DNA from: Candidatus Woesearchaeota archaeon
GTDB lineage: Archaea > Nanobdellota > Nanobdellia > Pacearchaeales > GW2011-AR1
Assembly: GCA_964516745.1 (NCBI GenBank)
Contig: CAZEYD010000004.1
Span: forward strand, 7,972 to 71,971
Length of the DNA: 64,000 nucleotides
Reading direction: 5' to 3'
Shown: piece by piece, positions 10,925-20,070 of the stretch
Position numbering within the stretch: position 1 is the first letter of the stretch
Layout of the letters: each line of letters begins with the position of its first letter
Program-made: the position numbers and the translations under genes
Notes under the pieces: model-generated
The model's database searches: none
Told to the model about the DNA's origin: nothing
The model's input: the letters and a program-made list of their open reading frames with translations, nothing else

Positions 10925-11623
10925 ATGGATGATGCACAACATCAACAGATGGGATATGATAGGGCAGCTACTATGTTTGCCCCTGATGGTCATATTTTAC
11001 AAGTAGAATATGCCGAGAAAACAATTAGGTTAGGTAGTGCTTCTATTGGGTGGATTTGTAAGGATGCTGTTGTTATAATTAGTGATAGAAGACAAAAAGA
11101 TATTTTAGTTGTTGAAGATTCTGCTAATAAAATTCAAGAAATCGATGATCATATTATTTGTGTTAGTGCTGGTATTAGTAGTGATGCTAGAGTTTTGATC
11201 GATAAAGCTAGAATGGCTGCACAACAACATATGGTTACTTATGATTCTCCTGTTAGCGTAGAATCGGTTGTTAAGGGTATTGCTGACATTAAACAACAAT
11301 TCTCACATTATGGTGGTGCTAGACCTTTTGGAGTTTCTATGATGTTCGCTGGAATGGACGGTGATGCTAGTTTGTATGTTACTGATGTTACTGGTAACTA
11401 TTTAAAATATAAAGCTAATGTGATTGGTGAGAATGATCATAAGATTAAAGAGAAATTAAGAGTTAAATATAAAGAAGATTTGAGTATTAATGAAGCTGTT
11501 AAGATTGTTTTAAAAATTTTTGAAGAAGTTCAGGGTGAAGATTTTGAGATTAATAGGTTCGATATTGGTGTTATAGAAAAAGATAAGGGCTTTCGTAGAA
11601 TAAAGGGTAGGGATTTGAAATAA
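10925..11623 (+). CDS. psmA: Proteasome alpha subunit
   Basis: GYDR...F.PDG.ILQVEYA N-terminal signature; RPFGVS. Confidence 0.96.
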   Translation: MDDAQHQQMGYDRAATMFAPDGHILQVEYAEKTIRLGSASIGWICKDAVVIISDRRQKDILVVEDSANKIQEIDDHIICVSAGISSDARVLIDKARMAAQQHMVTYDSPVSVESVVKGIADIKQQFSHYGGARPFGVSMMFAGMDGDASLYVTDVTGNYLKYKANVIGENDHKIKEKLRVKYKEDLSINEAVKIVLKIFEEVQGEDFEINRFDIGVIEKDKGFRRIKGRDLK

Positions 11624-11643
11624 TTTTTTAATTAGTGATTTTT

Positions 11644-11814
11644 ATGTTACTTCCAATTTATCGAGATGAATTTATAGAATATTTAATTAATGAAATTAAA
11701 GAATTAAAAACTGATGTTATTGAAGCTGATATCGTTGAACGACAAGAGTATCTAAAAGGTTGGCATGATGCTCATTTGGAGATTTTGAGAATGGTAAGGG
11801 ATGTAGAAGTATAG
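11644..11814 (+). CDS. Small hypothetical protein (56 aa, absent from the ORF track)
   Basis: MLLPIYRDEFIEYLINEIKELKTDVIEADIVERQEYLKGWHDAHLEILRMVRDVEV fills the psmA-SBDS gap; GTGAT SD-like element upstream. Confidence 0.6.
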   Translation: MLLPIYRDEFIEYLINEIKELKTDVIEADIVERQEYLKGWHDAHLEILRMVRDVEV

Positions 11815-11861
11815 GGTTCTTTAGTAATAAACTTAATAAAGTCTAATTGATTATTTATATT

Positions 11862-12530
11862 ATGACAGAGACTACTGCTAGAATTAAGAGGGGAGGAAAG
11901 CATTTTGAAATTCTTGTTGATTTGGATGAGGCGTTGAAAGTTTTGAAGAATGAGGGAGATATTAATCAGGCTGTTTTAACTGATGATATATTTTATAATT
12001 TAAAAAGTGGCGAACATGCATCTAAAGAAGACTTGATGGAACAATTTAATACAGTGGATTTTTCACAAGTTGCTCTTAAAATTATTAAGAGTGGTGAGAT
12101 TGTTAGAACTACTGATTCTATGAAAGAGGATGTGGATAAAAAGTATAAGCAGGTTGTGGATTTTTTGGTTAAGAATGCTGTTAGTCCTGAGGGTAGGCCA
12201 TATACTCCTGATAGAATTATGAAAGCTTTGCATGAGGCTCGTATTAATGTTAAGAATAAACCAATTGAATCTCAGATTAATGAGATTATGGACCATTTGA
12301 TAAAAATTTTACCAATTAAAATTGAAACAAAGAAAGTAAAATTAAAAATCTCTGCTCAACATACTGGTAAAGTATATGGGATTGTTAAAGAGTTTCTTAA
12401 GGAAGAAAATTGGCAAAACAGTGGTGATTTGGAATGTGTTATTGAGGTTCCTAGTGGTTTGATTCTTGAGTTTTATGATAAAGTGAATGATGCGACACAT
12501 GGTAGTGTGTTGAGTGAAGAAGTTAAGTAG
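11862..12530 (+). CDS. sdo1: Ribosome maturation protein SBDS/Sdo1
   Basis: ARIKRGGKHFEILVD N-terminus, P.TPDRI; adjacent to psmA. Confidence 0.95.
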   Translation: MTETTARIKRGGKHFEILVDLDEALKVLKNEGDINQAVLTDDIFYNLKSGEHASKEDLMEQFNTVDFSQVALKIIKSGEIVRTTDSMKEDVDKKYKQVVDFLVKNAVSPEGRPYTPDRIMKALHEARINVKNKPIESQINEIMDHLIKILPIKIETKKVKLKISAQHTGKVYGIVKEFLKEENWQNSGDLECVIEVPSGLILEFYDKVNDATHGSVLSEEVK

Positions 12531-12609
12531 GGGATTAGTGGTTAGAAGGTGATGATAGGTCGTATTAGAATATAATTATTTTTATAAAGATTGGTAGGTG
12601 TTATTTTTT

Positions 12610-13073
12610 ATGAGTAAGAAGCTTTTGAGAAGGATTCTGAGATTTGTAAGATTTTTGGACAGGTTAAATATGATTGGCGGATTTTAGGTTATGATGTTAG
12701 ATATGAACCAACAGGTGAATATGACTCTAAATCTATCAATGAGAAAGTAAGATTAGAAATTCGTAATGGTATGAAAGTTGTTATAGATTCTGATTTGATG
12801 GTTGGTTTGATATCTCCTGATATATCTATTGTGGATAAGATTGAGTATGACCATTTGTATAAAAGTGGTGAACTTGTTGAATTTGTTGAGAATCATAAAA
12901 GAAAATTTGATAATTTGACTAAAAGGATTGAAAATTTTTATCAGAGGAATTTTCAGAGAGAATGTATAAGAGCTGATGATATGAAAATAAGAAAATATCA
13001 AGATTGGGTTAGAAATGAACAGGGACGTGCTAGGATAATGCATCAAATTGTTGGTGCTGAAAATTTGGATTGA
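12610..13073 (+). pseudogene. Hypothetical gene with a probable 1-nt frameshift near its start
   Basis: The 12771 frame is open back to 12618; ATG 12610 after a TATA box is one base out of frame. Confidence 0.5.
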
Positions 13074-13109
13074 TGATAATCTTTTAAACCTTTCAATATT
13101 ATTTATCTT

Positions 13110-13640
13110 ATGACATTAATTTATGAGCCCGCTGAAGATTCGTTTTTGTTTATGGATTTTTTGAGTGATTGTTTTGAGGGTAGTGATGTTAGTGGGAAAA
13201 GTATTCTTGATATGGGTTGTGGTAGTTGTGTTTTATCTGAGACTTTGAGAGATTTGGCTTTTGAAGATATTTTGTGTGTTGATATTAATTCTGATGCTGT
13301 TAAGTTGGCTAAGGGAAAAGGATTTAGAGCTGTTAAGAGTGACTTGTTTGAGAATATTGTTGATAGATTTGATTATATTATTTTTAATGCTCCGTATTTG
13401 CCTAAGGATGAGAGAGAGGATGATGAGTCGATGCTTGCGACGACTGGTGGTGAGCGTGGTGATGAAGTTATTGTGAAGTTTTTGGAGAATGTTAAGAATT
13501 TTCTGAATGATGGTGCTAAAGTTTATGTTTTGGTTTCGAGTTTAACATCAATGGATAAGATTAATGAATATAAGCCTGAGGTTGTGGCTAAGAAGAATGC
13601 GTTTTTTGAAGAGTTGAAGATTTTGAAGTTTGTGTTTTGA
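13110..13640 (+). CDS. HemK2/PrmC-family (release factor glutamine) methyltransferase
   Basis: YEPAEDS, LDMGCGS SAM motif, FNAPYLP, GGERG. Confidence 0.9.
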   Translation: MTLIYEPAEDSFLFMDFLSDCFEGSDVSGKSILDMGCGSCVLSETLRDLAFEDILCVDINSDAVKLAKGKGFRAVKSDLFENIVDRFDYIIFNAPYLPKDEREDDESMLATTGGERGDEVIVKFLENVKNFLNDGAKVYVLVSSLTSMDKINEYKPEVVAKKNAFFEELKILKFVF

Positions 13641-13697
13641 GGGTTTTGTTAGTGGATAGTTCATAATGTTTATATATAAGAATAGTCTTTATTCTTT

Positions 13698-15245
13698 ATG
13701 AAAAAGAAGTTGATATTTAGTATTGTATTTTTATTATTGATTAATTTTTCGTTTCTTGTAGTGGCGGTTGATATTAATTATGTGGATTATACGTTGGATA
13801 GAGATTCTTTTTGTAGTGGAAATGGATTTAGTTGTGGTGAATGGGAAATATCTTCTAATGATTTTGTGAATTGTGGTAGTTGTAGTGGTAACGATATCTG
13901 TTTTTTAGGTAATTGTAGTTATTTTGGAGATTGGACGTGTAAAGATTCACCTGGTGTTAAGGGGCTATTGTCGTATTGGGTTATATATGAGGATGGTGGA
14001 ATTAAAACTGGGTTAGTTAAAAATGAAGAAGAATTTAATGAATCGCAAAATGTTTTTTATAATAATGATGGAATTGCAACTGGATTACAATATGGAAGAG
14101 ATAATACTAAGGTTTCTAGGATGGGTTTTTATTCTGTTAATTCTCCCTTATGTAGTACATTTTCTCACAAGAATGAAAAAGAAGATTTAGGTGTACTTCA
14201 TAAAATTTGTGAATATTATGGTTGTGATTGGTCCGGCCCTACTGGAAGTGACAATCCTGCTCTTGTAACATCAGGAGTATGTTCTGGGAAACCATCTTGT
14301 TCGGATTTACGATTTGGTGATTGTGGTAATAAAGTTGGACTATATTGTTATTTAGATGGATTAAAGATAACCGCTGGTAGATCCTTGGATTGGCAGGGAA
14401 AAACTTTCTTATCTTCACGTGATATTAATACAATTTGGGATGGCGGTGTTCTTCCAATGGATTTAACCTTTTTTGATTATAGTTTAAATAAAGGAACAGA
14501 GGTGACTTTCGAATTTTATTCTTATAAAGAAAGTAATAAAGATAAATATATTGAAGAATGTTATAAAGATTTTAATTTAATTGAGTCTGAGAAATGTGAG
14601 AATTTAAAAGATCTTTACCTTGTTGGTTTTAGAATTGGGGAAAACTCGATTCATGGTTTTATTGATGATGATAATAAAGTGACAGTACAATTAGATGTTT
14701 CAGCTGAGGATTTAAAAAAGATTGATTTTAATGGTGAGATTACTTTAGCTGTGGGAATCTCTGCAAATGATGTCGGAATATTTTCTCCAAATAAAAGTTT
14801 CTTATCGTTTCCTATCCCTGTAAGGTTAGGTACTACTCCTTTTAGTCCTGCAGTATGGAGTTATTATGATTATAATAATCCAGAACTATTAATAAATGAT
14901 TTTGGGACGGTTATAAGAACAAATGAGCATATTCAAAACAGTATTTCTTTGGCTACTGTAACTGAATATTGCTCTGGTGAAGTGTCATGTGACCTTATTA
15001 CTTCTGAATATGATTGTGAATCTGTTATGCTGGAAATGGATGAGATGAATAAAAAAGATGAAGAACGTTTTAAAAATTCTGCTACATGTTATTGGAATAA
15101 TGAGACTTCAATTTGTGAGGGAGTTATTCCTTGTAATGGATTGAGTTTTGGAAAAAACGAATGTAACTCTTTTGCAGAATGTTCTTGGGAAAAAGATAGT
15201 TTATGGCAACGCTTTTCTAGTTGGATTGGTCTTTTGTTTAATTAG
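13698..15245 (+). CDS. Secreted cysteine-rich hypothetical protein
   Basis: Signal peptide MKKKLIFSIV..., many Cys, Trp-rich amphipathic C-terminus. Confidence 0.7.
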   Translation: MKKKLIFSIVFLLLINFSFLVVAVDINYVDYTLDRDSFCSGNGFSCGEWEISSNDFVNCGSCSGNDICFLGNCSYFGDWTCKDSPGVKGLLSYWVIYEDGGIKTGLVKNEEEFNESQNVFYNNDGIATGLQYGRDNTKVSRMGFYSVNSPLCSTFSHKNEKEDLGVLHKICEYYGCDWSGPTGSDNPALVTSGVCSGKPSCSDLRFGDCGNKVGLYCYLDGLKITAGRSLDWQGKTFLSSRDINTIWDGGVLPMDLTFFDYSLNKGTEVTFEFYSYKESNKDKYIEECYKDFNLIESEKCENLKDLYLVGFRIGENSIHGFIDDDNKVTVQLDVSAEDLKKIDFNGEITLAVGISANDVGIFSPNKSFLSFPIPVRLGTTPFSPAVWSYYDYNNPELLINDFGTVIRTNEHIQNSISLATVTEYCSGEVSCDLITSEYDCESVMLEMDEMNKKDEERFKNSATCYWNNETSICEGVIPCNGLSFGKNECNSFAECSWEKDSLWQRFSSWIGLLFN

Positions 15246-15284
15246 TTCCCAAACTTTTTTAAACTTTGAATTCTATAATATTTT

Positions 15285-15350
15285 ATGAAAGCTAATAATT
15301 ATTTCGTTATGAGTGATTTGTTAGTTGGAACTTTTTCACTTTTACTTTAA
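15285..15350 (+). promoter_or_regulatory. Candidate Leu-rich leader peptide (21 aa) upstream of leuS
   Basis: MKANNYFVMSDLLVGTFSLLL*; TATA-like TTTTTTAAA at 15255-15263; hairpin GCATTA-TTTT-TAATGC immediately after the stop. Confidence 0.4.
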
Positions 15351-15446
15351 GCATTATTTTTAATGCCATATTTTTAACATGATAAATGAATTTTTATATA
15401 ATTTTGAAAGAGAAAATAATTTAAACTTACTTTGGGAGAGAATATT

Positions 15447-18284
15447 ATGAATGAGTTAAATTTTAAGGCGATTGAAGAAAAGTGGCAAGCTAGATGGGAA
15501 GAGGCTAAGTTGTTTGAGGCTGATGATAATAGTTTAAAACCTAAATATTATGTTTTGGAAATGTTTCCGTATCCTTCTGGTTCTGGTTTACATATGGGTC
15601 ATGCTTGGAATTATACCATTGGGGATATTTTAGCTAGGTTTAAAATTATGCGGGGTTTCAACGTTTTACATCCAATGGGGTATGATGCTTTGGGTTTGCC
15701 TGCTGAGAACGCGGCAATTTTAGCAGGAGAACATCCTGAAGATTATACTAATAATTCTATAAAAAGATTTATGAATCAACAAAAGAGATTAGGAATTACT
15801 TATGATTGGAGTCGTGTTGTAAATACTGCTTCACCTGAATATTACAAATGGGATCAGTGGATTTTCTTAAAGATGCTTGAAAAGGGTTTGGCTTATCAGA
15901 AAGAGTCTGCGGTTAATTGGTGTCCTAAGTGTAATACTGTTCTTGCGAATGAACAAGTGCATGAAGGTAATTGTTGGAGGCATGAAGATACTCCTGTTGA
16001 AATCAAGCATTTGAGACAGTGGTTTTTGAAGATTACCGATTATGCTGATGAGCTTTATGAAGAAATTGAGAATTTAGATTGGCCGTTTAGGACTAAAGCT
16101 ATGCAAAAAAATTGGATTGGAAAGAGTCATGGAACGGAGATTGAGTTTGGGGTCGAGGGAAAAGAAAAAGTGATTTTGATTGATGCTACTCATTTTTTGA
16201 TTGATGAAGAAGGAAATGTTAGTAGGGAATTAAAAAAGTATTTAGATTCTTTATCAAATAAAAAGATTATTTTAACAAACTCTTCTTTTGAAAAACATGA
16301 TATCTTATTTAAAAATTTGCAAGATTATGAGATTTTTACCCTTGAGAATAATCCTAATAAAAAAGATCCAAAATATTATGAATCTGTTTTAAAGAAATTT
16401 AATTTGAAATTTAATGAAGTTATTTGTTTTGAACATAAAGAAGATAGTGTTAAGTCTGCAGAATCAATTGGTATAAAGACTATATTATCTAAAGGAGAAT
16501 TGAAACAAGTGAAATCTTTTATTGATGAGAATTCAACTCAGAACTCGGAAAAATGGCCGATTTTCACAACTCGTCCGGATACGATTTTTGGTGTGACTTT
16601 TATGGTTGTTTCTGCGCAACATAGTAAGCTTTGGGATTTGGTGACTGATGAACAGAAGAAAGATGTTGAAGAGTTTTTGAAAAAATTGAAGTCTGTTTCT
16701 GAGAAGGATATTGGAGATTTGGAGAAAGAAGGAGTTTTTACTGGTAGTTATGCAATCAATCCTGCGAATGGTGAGAGAGTTCCAATTTATGCTGGTAATT
16801 TTGTTGTTGCTGACTATGGTTCTGGTATGGTTATGGCCGTTCCTGCTCATGATAAACGAGATTATGAATTTGCTAAGAAGTATGGTATTGAAGTTAAGGA
16901 GGTGGTTGAAGCTCCTGAAGGAAATAGTGATGAAATCTATACTGGTAAGGATGGTATTTTGATTAACTCTGGTGAGTTTGATAAAATGAATTCTAAAGAT
17001 GCGATTATAAAAATTACTGATTGGTTAAAAGAAAAAGGAAAGGGTAAGCGTGTTGTTAATTTTAGACTTCGTGATTGGGGTGTGAGTCGTCAGAGATATT
17101 GGGGAACACCAATTCCAATTGTTTATTGTGAGAAATGTGGTGCTGTTCCTATTGACGAAAAAGATTTACCTGTTAAGTTACCTAAGGATGTAAAATTTGG
17201 TAATGGAAATCCTTTACTTACTAATGAAGATTGGATTAATACTAAATGTCCTAAGTGTGGTGGAGCAGCAAGACGAGAGACTGATACAATGGATACTTTT
17301 GTTAACTCTAGTTGGTATAATTTGAGATTTACTGATCCTAAAAATGATAAAGAGATTTTTTCTAAAAAGAAGGCAAAGTATTGGAATCCAATTGATGTTT
17401 ATGTTGGTGGGGCCGAACATGCTTGTATGCATCTAATTTATTTTAGATTTTATACTAAGTTTTTGAGAGATTTAGGTTTGATTAATTTTGGTGAGCCTGC
17501 AAAGAAATTGTTTCATCAGGGTATGTTATCTGGAGAGGGTGGTGTAAAGATGAGTAAGTCTAAACCGGAAACATGTATATTACCTGAAGAGATTTCAAAT
17601 CGTTATGGTATTGATACTGCACGATTTTTTTTATCTGGATTAGCTTCGCCTGATAAAAATATAAATTGGAGTGAAAATGGTATTATAGGAAGCTTTAGGT
17701 TTATTAAAAAAATCTTTGAATTTGCTGATAATTTTATCGAGAAGAAAGATGGAAATGAATTAGAAACTAAGTTAAATAATATTATTAAGAATGTGACAGA
17801 ATATTATGGTAGTTTCCAGTATAGGAAGGCTACAATTGAATTAAGGGAATTGTTTGATAAGATGTTTGAAAAGGGGTGTTCTAAAATTAGTTATGAGAAA
17901 TTTCTAAAGATATTAAATCCAATTTGTCCACATATTACTGAGGAGCTTTGGGAGAAGATCGGAAATAAAGAATTTATTTCTAATACTTCGTGGCCTGAGT
18001 TTGATGAGAAGAAGTTAAAATCTGTTAAGAAAGAGATTGATGTTAATGAGAAAATTATTGAAAATGTTAAGAATGTTGTTGATAAATTGATGGAGAAGAG
18101 AGAAGTGAAGAAAGCTTATTTGTATGTGTTGCCGTTTGAGGTTGAGAAATTGAATATTAAGAAGATTAGTGAGTCTGTTGGTTGTGAAGTTATTATTTAT
18201 TCTGTTAAGGATGCTAAGAAATATGATCCTGAGAACAAAAGTAAGAAAGCTAGACCTGGAATGCCTGGTGTTTTTGTTGAGTAA
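15447..18284 (+). CDS. leuS: Leucyl-tRNA synthetase, bacterial-type core with inserted HAD-like domain
   Basis: MFPYPSG.GLHMGH, TTRPDT editing motif, SRQRYWG, KMSKS. Confidence 0.97.
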   Translation: MNELNFKAIEEKWQARWEEAKLFEADDNSLKPKYYVLEMFPYPSGSGLHMGHAWNYTIGDILARFKIMRGFNVLHPMGYDALGLPAENAAILAGEHPEDYTNNSIKRFMNQQKRLGITYDWSRVVNTASPEYYKWDQWIFLKMLEKGLAYQKESAVNWCPKCNTVLANEQVHEGNCWRHEDTPVEIKHLRQWFLKITDYADELYEEIENLDWPFRTKAMQKNWIGKSHGTEIEFGVEGKEKVILIDATHFLIDEEGNVSRELKKYLDSLSNKKIILTNSSFEKHDILFKNLQDYEIFTLENNPNKKDPKYYESVLKKFNLKFNEVICFEHKEDSVKSAESIGIKTILSKGELKQVKSFIDENSTQNSEKWPIFTTRPDTIFGVTFMVVSAQHSKLWDLVTDEQKKDVEEFLKKLKSVSEKDIGDLEKEGVFTGSYAINPANGERVPIYAGNFVVADYGSGMVMAVPAHDKRDYEFAKKYGIEVKEVVEAPEGNSDEIYTGKDGILINSGEFDKMNSKDAIIKITDWLKEKGKGKRVVNFRLRDWGVSRQRYWGTPIPIVYCEKCGAVPIDEKDLPVKLPKDVKFGNGNPLLTNEDWINTKCPKCGGAARRETDTMDTFVNSSWYNLRFTDPKNDKEIFSKKKAKYWNPIDVYVGGAEHACMHLIYFRFYTKFLRDLGLINFGEPAKKLFHQGMLSGEGGVKMSKSKPETCILPEEISNRYGIDTARFFLSGLASPDKNINWSENGIIGSFRFIKKIFEFADNFIEKKDGNELETKLNNIIKNVTEYYGSFQYRKATIELRELFDKMFEKGCSKISYEKFLKILNPICPHITEELWEKIGNKEFISNTSWPEFDEKKLKSVKKEIDVNEKIIENVKNVVDKLMEKREVKKAYLYVLPFEVEKLNIKKISESVGCEVIIYSVKDAKKYDPENKSKKARPGMPGVFVE

Positions 18285-18320
18285 AGATAAATTTAAATAT
18301 TCTATTTTCTCAAATTGTGT

Positions 18321-18635
18321 ATGGGTTTGAAAGAAATTCAAGATGAAGTTGATGAGTGGGTGAGTTTGTTAAAAGTTGGGTATTGGAAGCCTCATGAGAT
18401 TTTGGCAAGATTAACGGAAGAAACAGGGGAATTAGCTAGAGAGATAAATCATATATATGGTCCTAAGAAAAAAAAATCTTCTGAAGAAATTAAGGAATTA
18501 TCTGATGAAATGGCGGATGTTGTTTTTACAATTGTTTGTCTTGCAAATTCTTTGAATATTAATTTGGATGATTCTTTTAAGAGAGTTATGGATAAGTGTT
18601 ATGGGAGAGATGGTGATCGATTTGAAAAAAAGTAA
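18321..18635 (+). CDS. MazG-like nucleotide pyrophosphohydrolase (YpjD-like)
   Basis: LTEETGELAREINH and ELSDEMADV ExxE/ExxD motifs. Confidence 0.9.
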   Translation: MGLKEIQDEVDEWVSLLKVGYWKPHEILARLTEETGELAREINHIYGPKKKKSSEEIKELSDEMADVVFTIVCLANSLNINLDDSFKRVMDKCYGRDGDRFEKK

Positions 18636-18684
18636 GGTTTTATTTTAAGAAGATATATAAATATGAAGAATAATTAGTATTGTT

Positions 18685-18939
18685 ATGGGTTGGATTGAAT
18701 TAATTGGTTTTACTGCTGGGTTAATTGTTTCTTTGTCTTTATTGCCTCAGGTAGTAAAATCTTTGAAGAGTAAGAAGACGAAGGATTTGTCAATTATGTG
18801 GTTATTGATAAGCTTGTTTGCGCAAGTTTTATGGGCAACTTATGGTATTTTGAAGGGTGCTTGGCCTTTGCTCGTGACAAGTATTGTTGTTTCAATTATG
18901 AATTTTGTTTTGATTGGTTTGAAACGAAAGTATGGTTGA
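18685..18939 (+). CDS. SemiSWEET/PQ-loop transporter
   Basis: Three TM helices; LPQVVKS...TKDLS; W..YG. Confidence 0.9.
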   Translation: MGWIELIGFTAGLIVSLSLLPQVVKSLKSKKTKDLSIMWLLISLFAQVLWATYGILKGAWPLLVTSIVVSIMNFVLIGLKRKYG

Positions 18940-19007
18940 GGAAACAAGTTGAATAGTATGTTTTAAATGAAATAAAGATTTATTAATGATGATGATTTCT
19001 TTTGTTA

Positions 19008-19340
19008 ATGATACCTGATGTTTATAGAGATGAAAAGATTGATTTTAATGAAGTTGCAAAATATATAATTCAAAGAGGAGTTTATCCTTTTCCTAATGAT
19101 GAAGATAGTTTTCCTTTAGAAACTCGTGTAATTTCAGGAAACGGTATGAAAGTTTATGTTTGTAATTTTGAAAAGAAAGGACAAGAATGGGATTATGATA
19201 ATAAGTTTTCAGAACTTTCCGCAGTGAAAGAGTATATTTCTGATGAAACAAAAATTGTAGTAATCTCTAATCCTAATTCGTCTTTTTTTGAAGTTGTTGA
19301 AGGAGATGTCTCTGATTTAGTGAAGATATTTCATAAATAA
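19008..19340 (+). CDS. Hypothetical protein
   Basis: ORF with an upstream TTTATTAA box; no motif recognised. Confidence 0.55.
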   Translation: MIPDVYRDEKIDFNEVAKYIIQRGVYPFPNDEDSFPLETRVISGNGMKVYVCNFEKKGQEWDYDNKFSELSAVKEYISDETKIVVISNPNSSFFEVVEGDVSDLVKIFHK

Positions 19341-19373
19341 TGATATGGGAATATAGGTTTTGGTGAATGTTTT

Positions 19374-19982
19374 TTATATAATAGAAATTCCAAGTCTTTT
19401 TAACAAAAAATTATAACAGATTATTATTGTGATTGTTAAGATTGTAAAGATAATTATCTTATGTTTCATTAAAAAGTTTCTTTTTTTCTTTTTCCCTTTT
19501 TTAACATCTATCATTTTATCTGCTAAATAAATTGATATAAAAGTTCCTAGTGCTGACAATATAATAATAATTAAGAATGGGAAAGGTGTGATTATTATAT
19601 GTTTGAATAAGGAGAGTAAAATTGTTTTATCATATAATGCTGGAAATCTTATTAATGTAAAGATGTTTAGACTTATAGCAAGAATCCATACTATCATTTC
19701 TGAATGAATCATTTTAATTCCAGTGATTAAACGTATTGGGAAATCAATTAGGAAGCCAGCATCTGCGATTGGTGTGCATAAAATGAAAAAGGACCACGAT
19801 AAAATACTTACCAGGAATCCATCTTTGATCCCGTGTGATTTGGATGCGAAGAAGAAATAAGTTACTAAAAGAATTATAATTGAGGCAAATTTGATTTCAG
19901 AATGTTTATCAAATAGATTTCTTATTCTTAGAAGTGCCTGATTCTTTTTTTTAATAATGTTATTTAATAGATCCATAAACAT
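19374..19982 (-). CDS. Hypothetical membrane protein
   Basis: About 5 hydrophobic segments; conserved-looking WSFFILCTPIADAGFLIDFP. Confidence 0.7.
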   Translation of the reverse strand: MFMDLLNNIIKKKNQALLRIRNLFDKHSEIKFASIIILLVTYFFFASKSHGIKDGFLVSILSWSFFILCTPIADAGFLIDFPIRLITGIKMIHSEMIVWILAISLNIFTLIRFPALYDKTILLSLFKHIIITPFPFLIIIILSALGTFISIYLADKMIDVKKGKKKKRNFLMKHKIIIFTILTITIIICYNFLLKRLGISII

Positions 19983-20070
19983 TGAATTCCTTAGAATTAT
20001 TTAAATTTATTGAATAGAGGATTCCCAATTTTTATAAACTAGTAATCACAAAAAAGATGAAGAGGTTATT

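Noticed and set aside
16161..16545. Intein in leuS
   Set aside because: No N-terminal Cys/Ser splice block, no terminal His-Asn followed by Cys/Ser/Thr and no LAGLIDADG motif.
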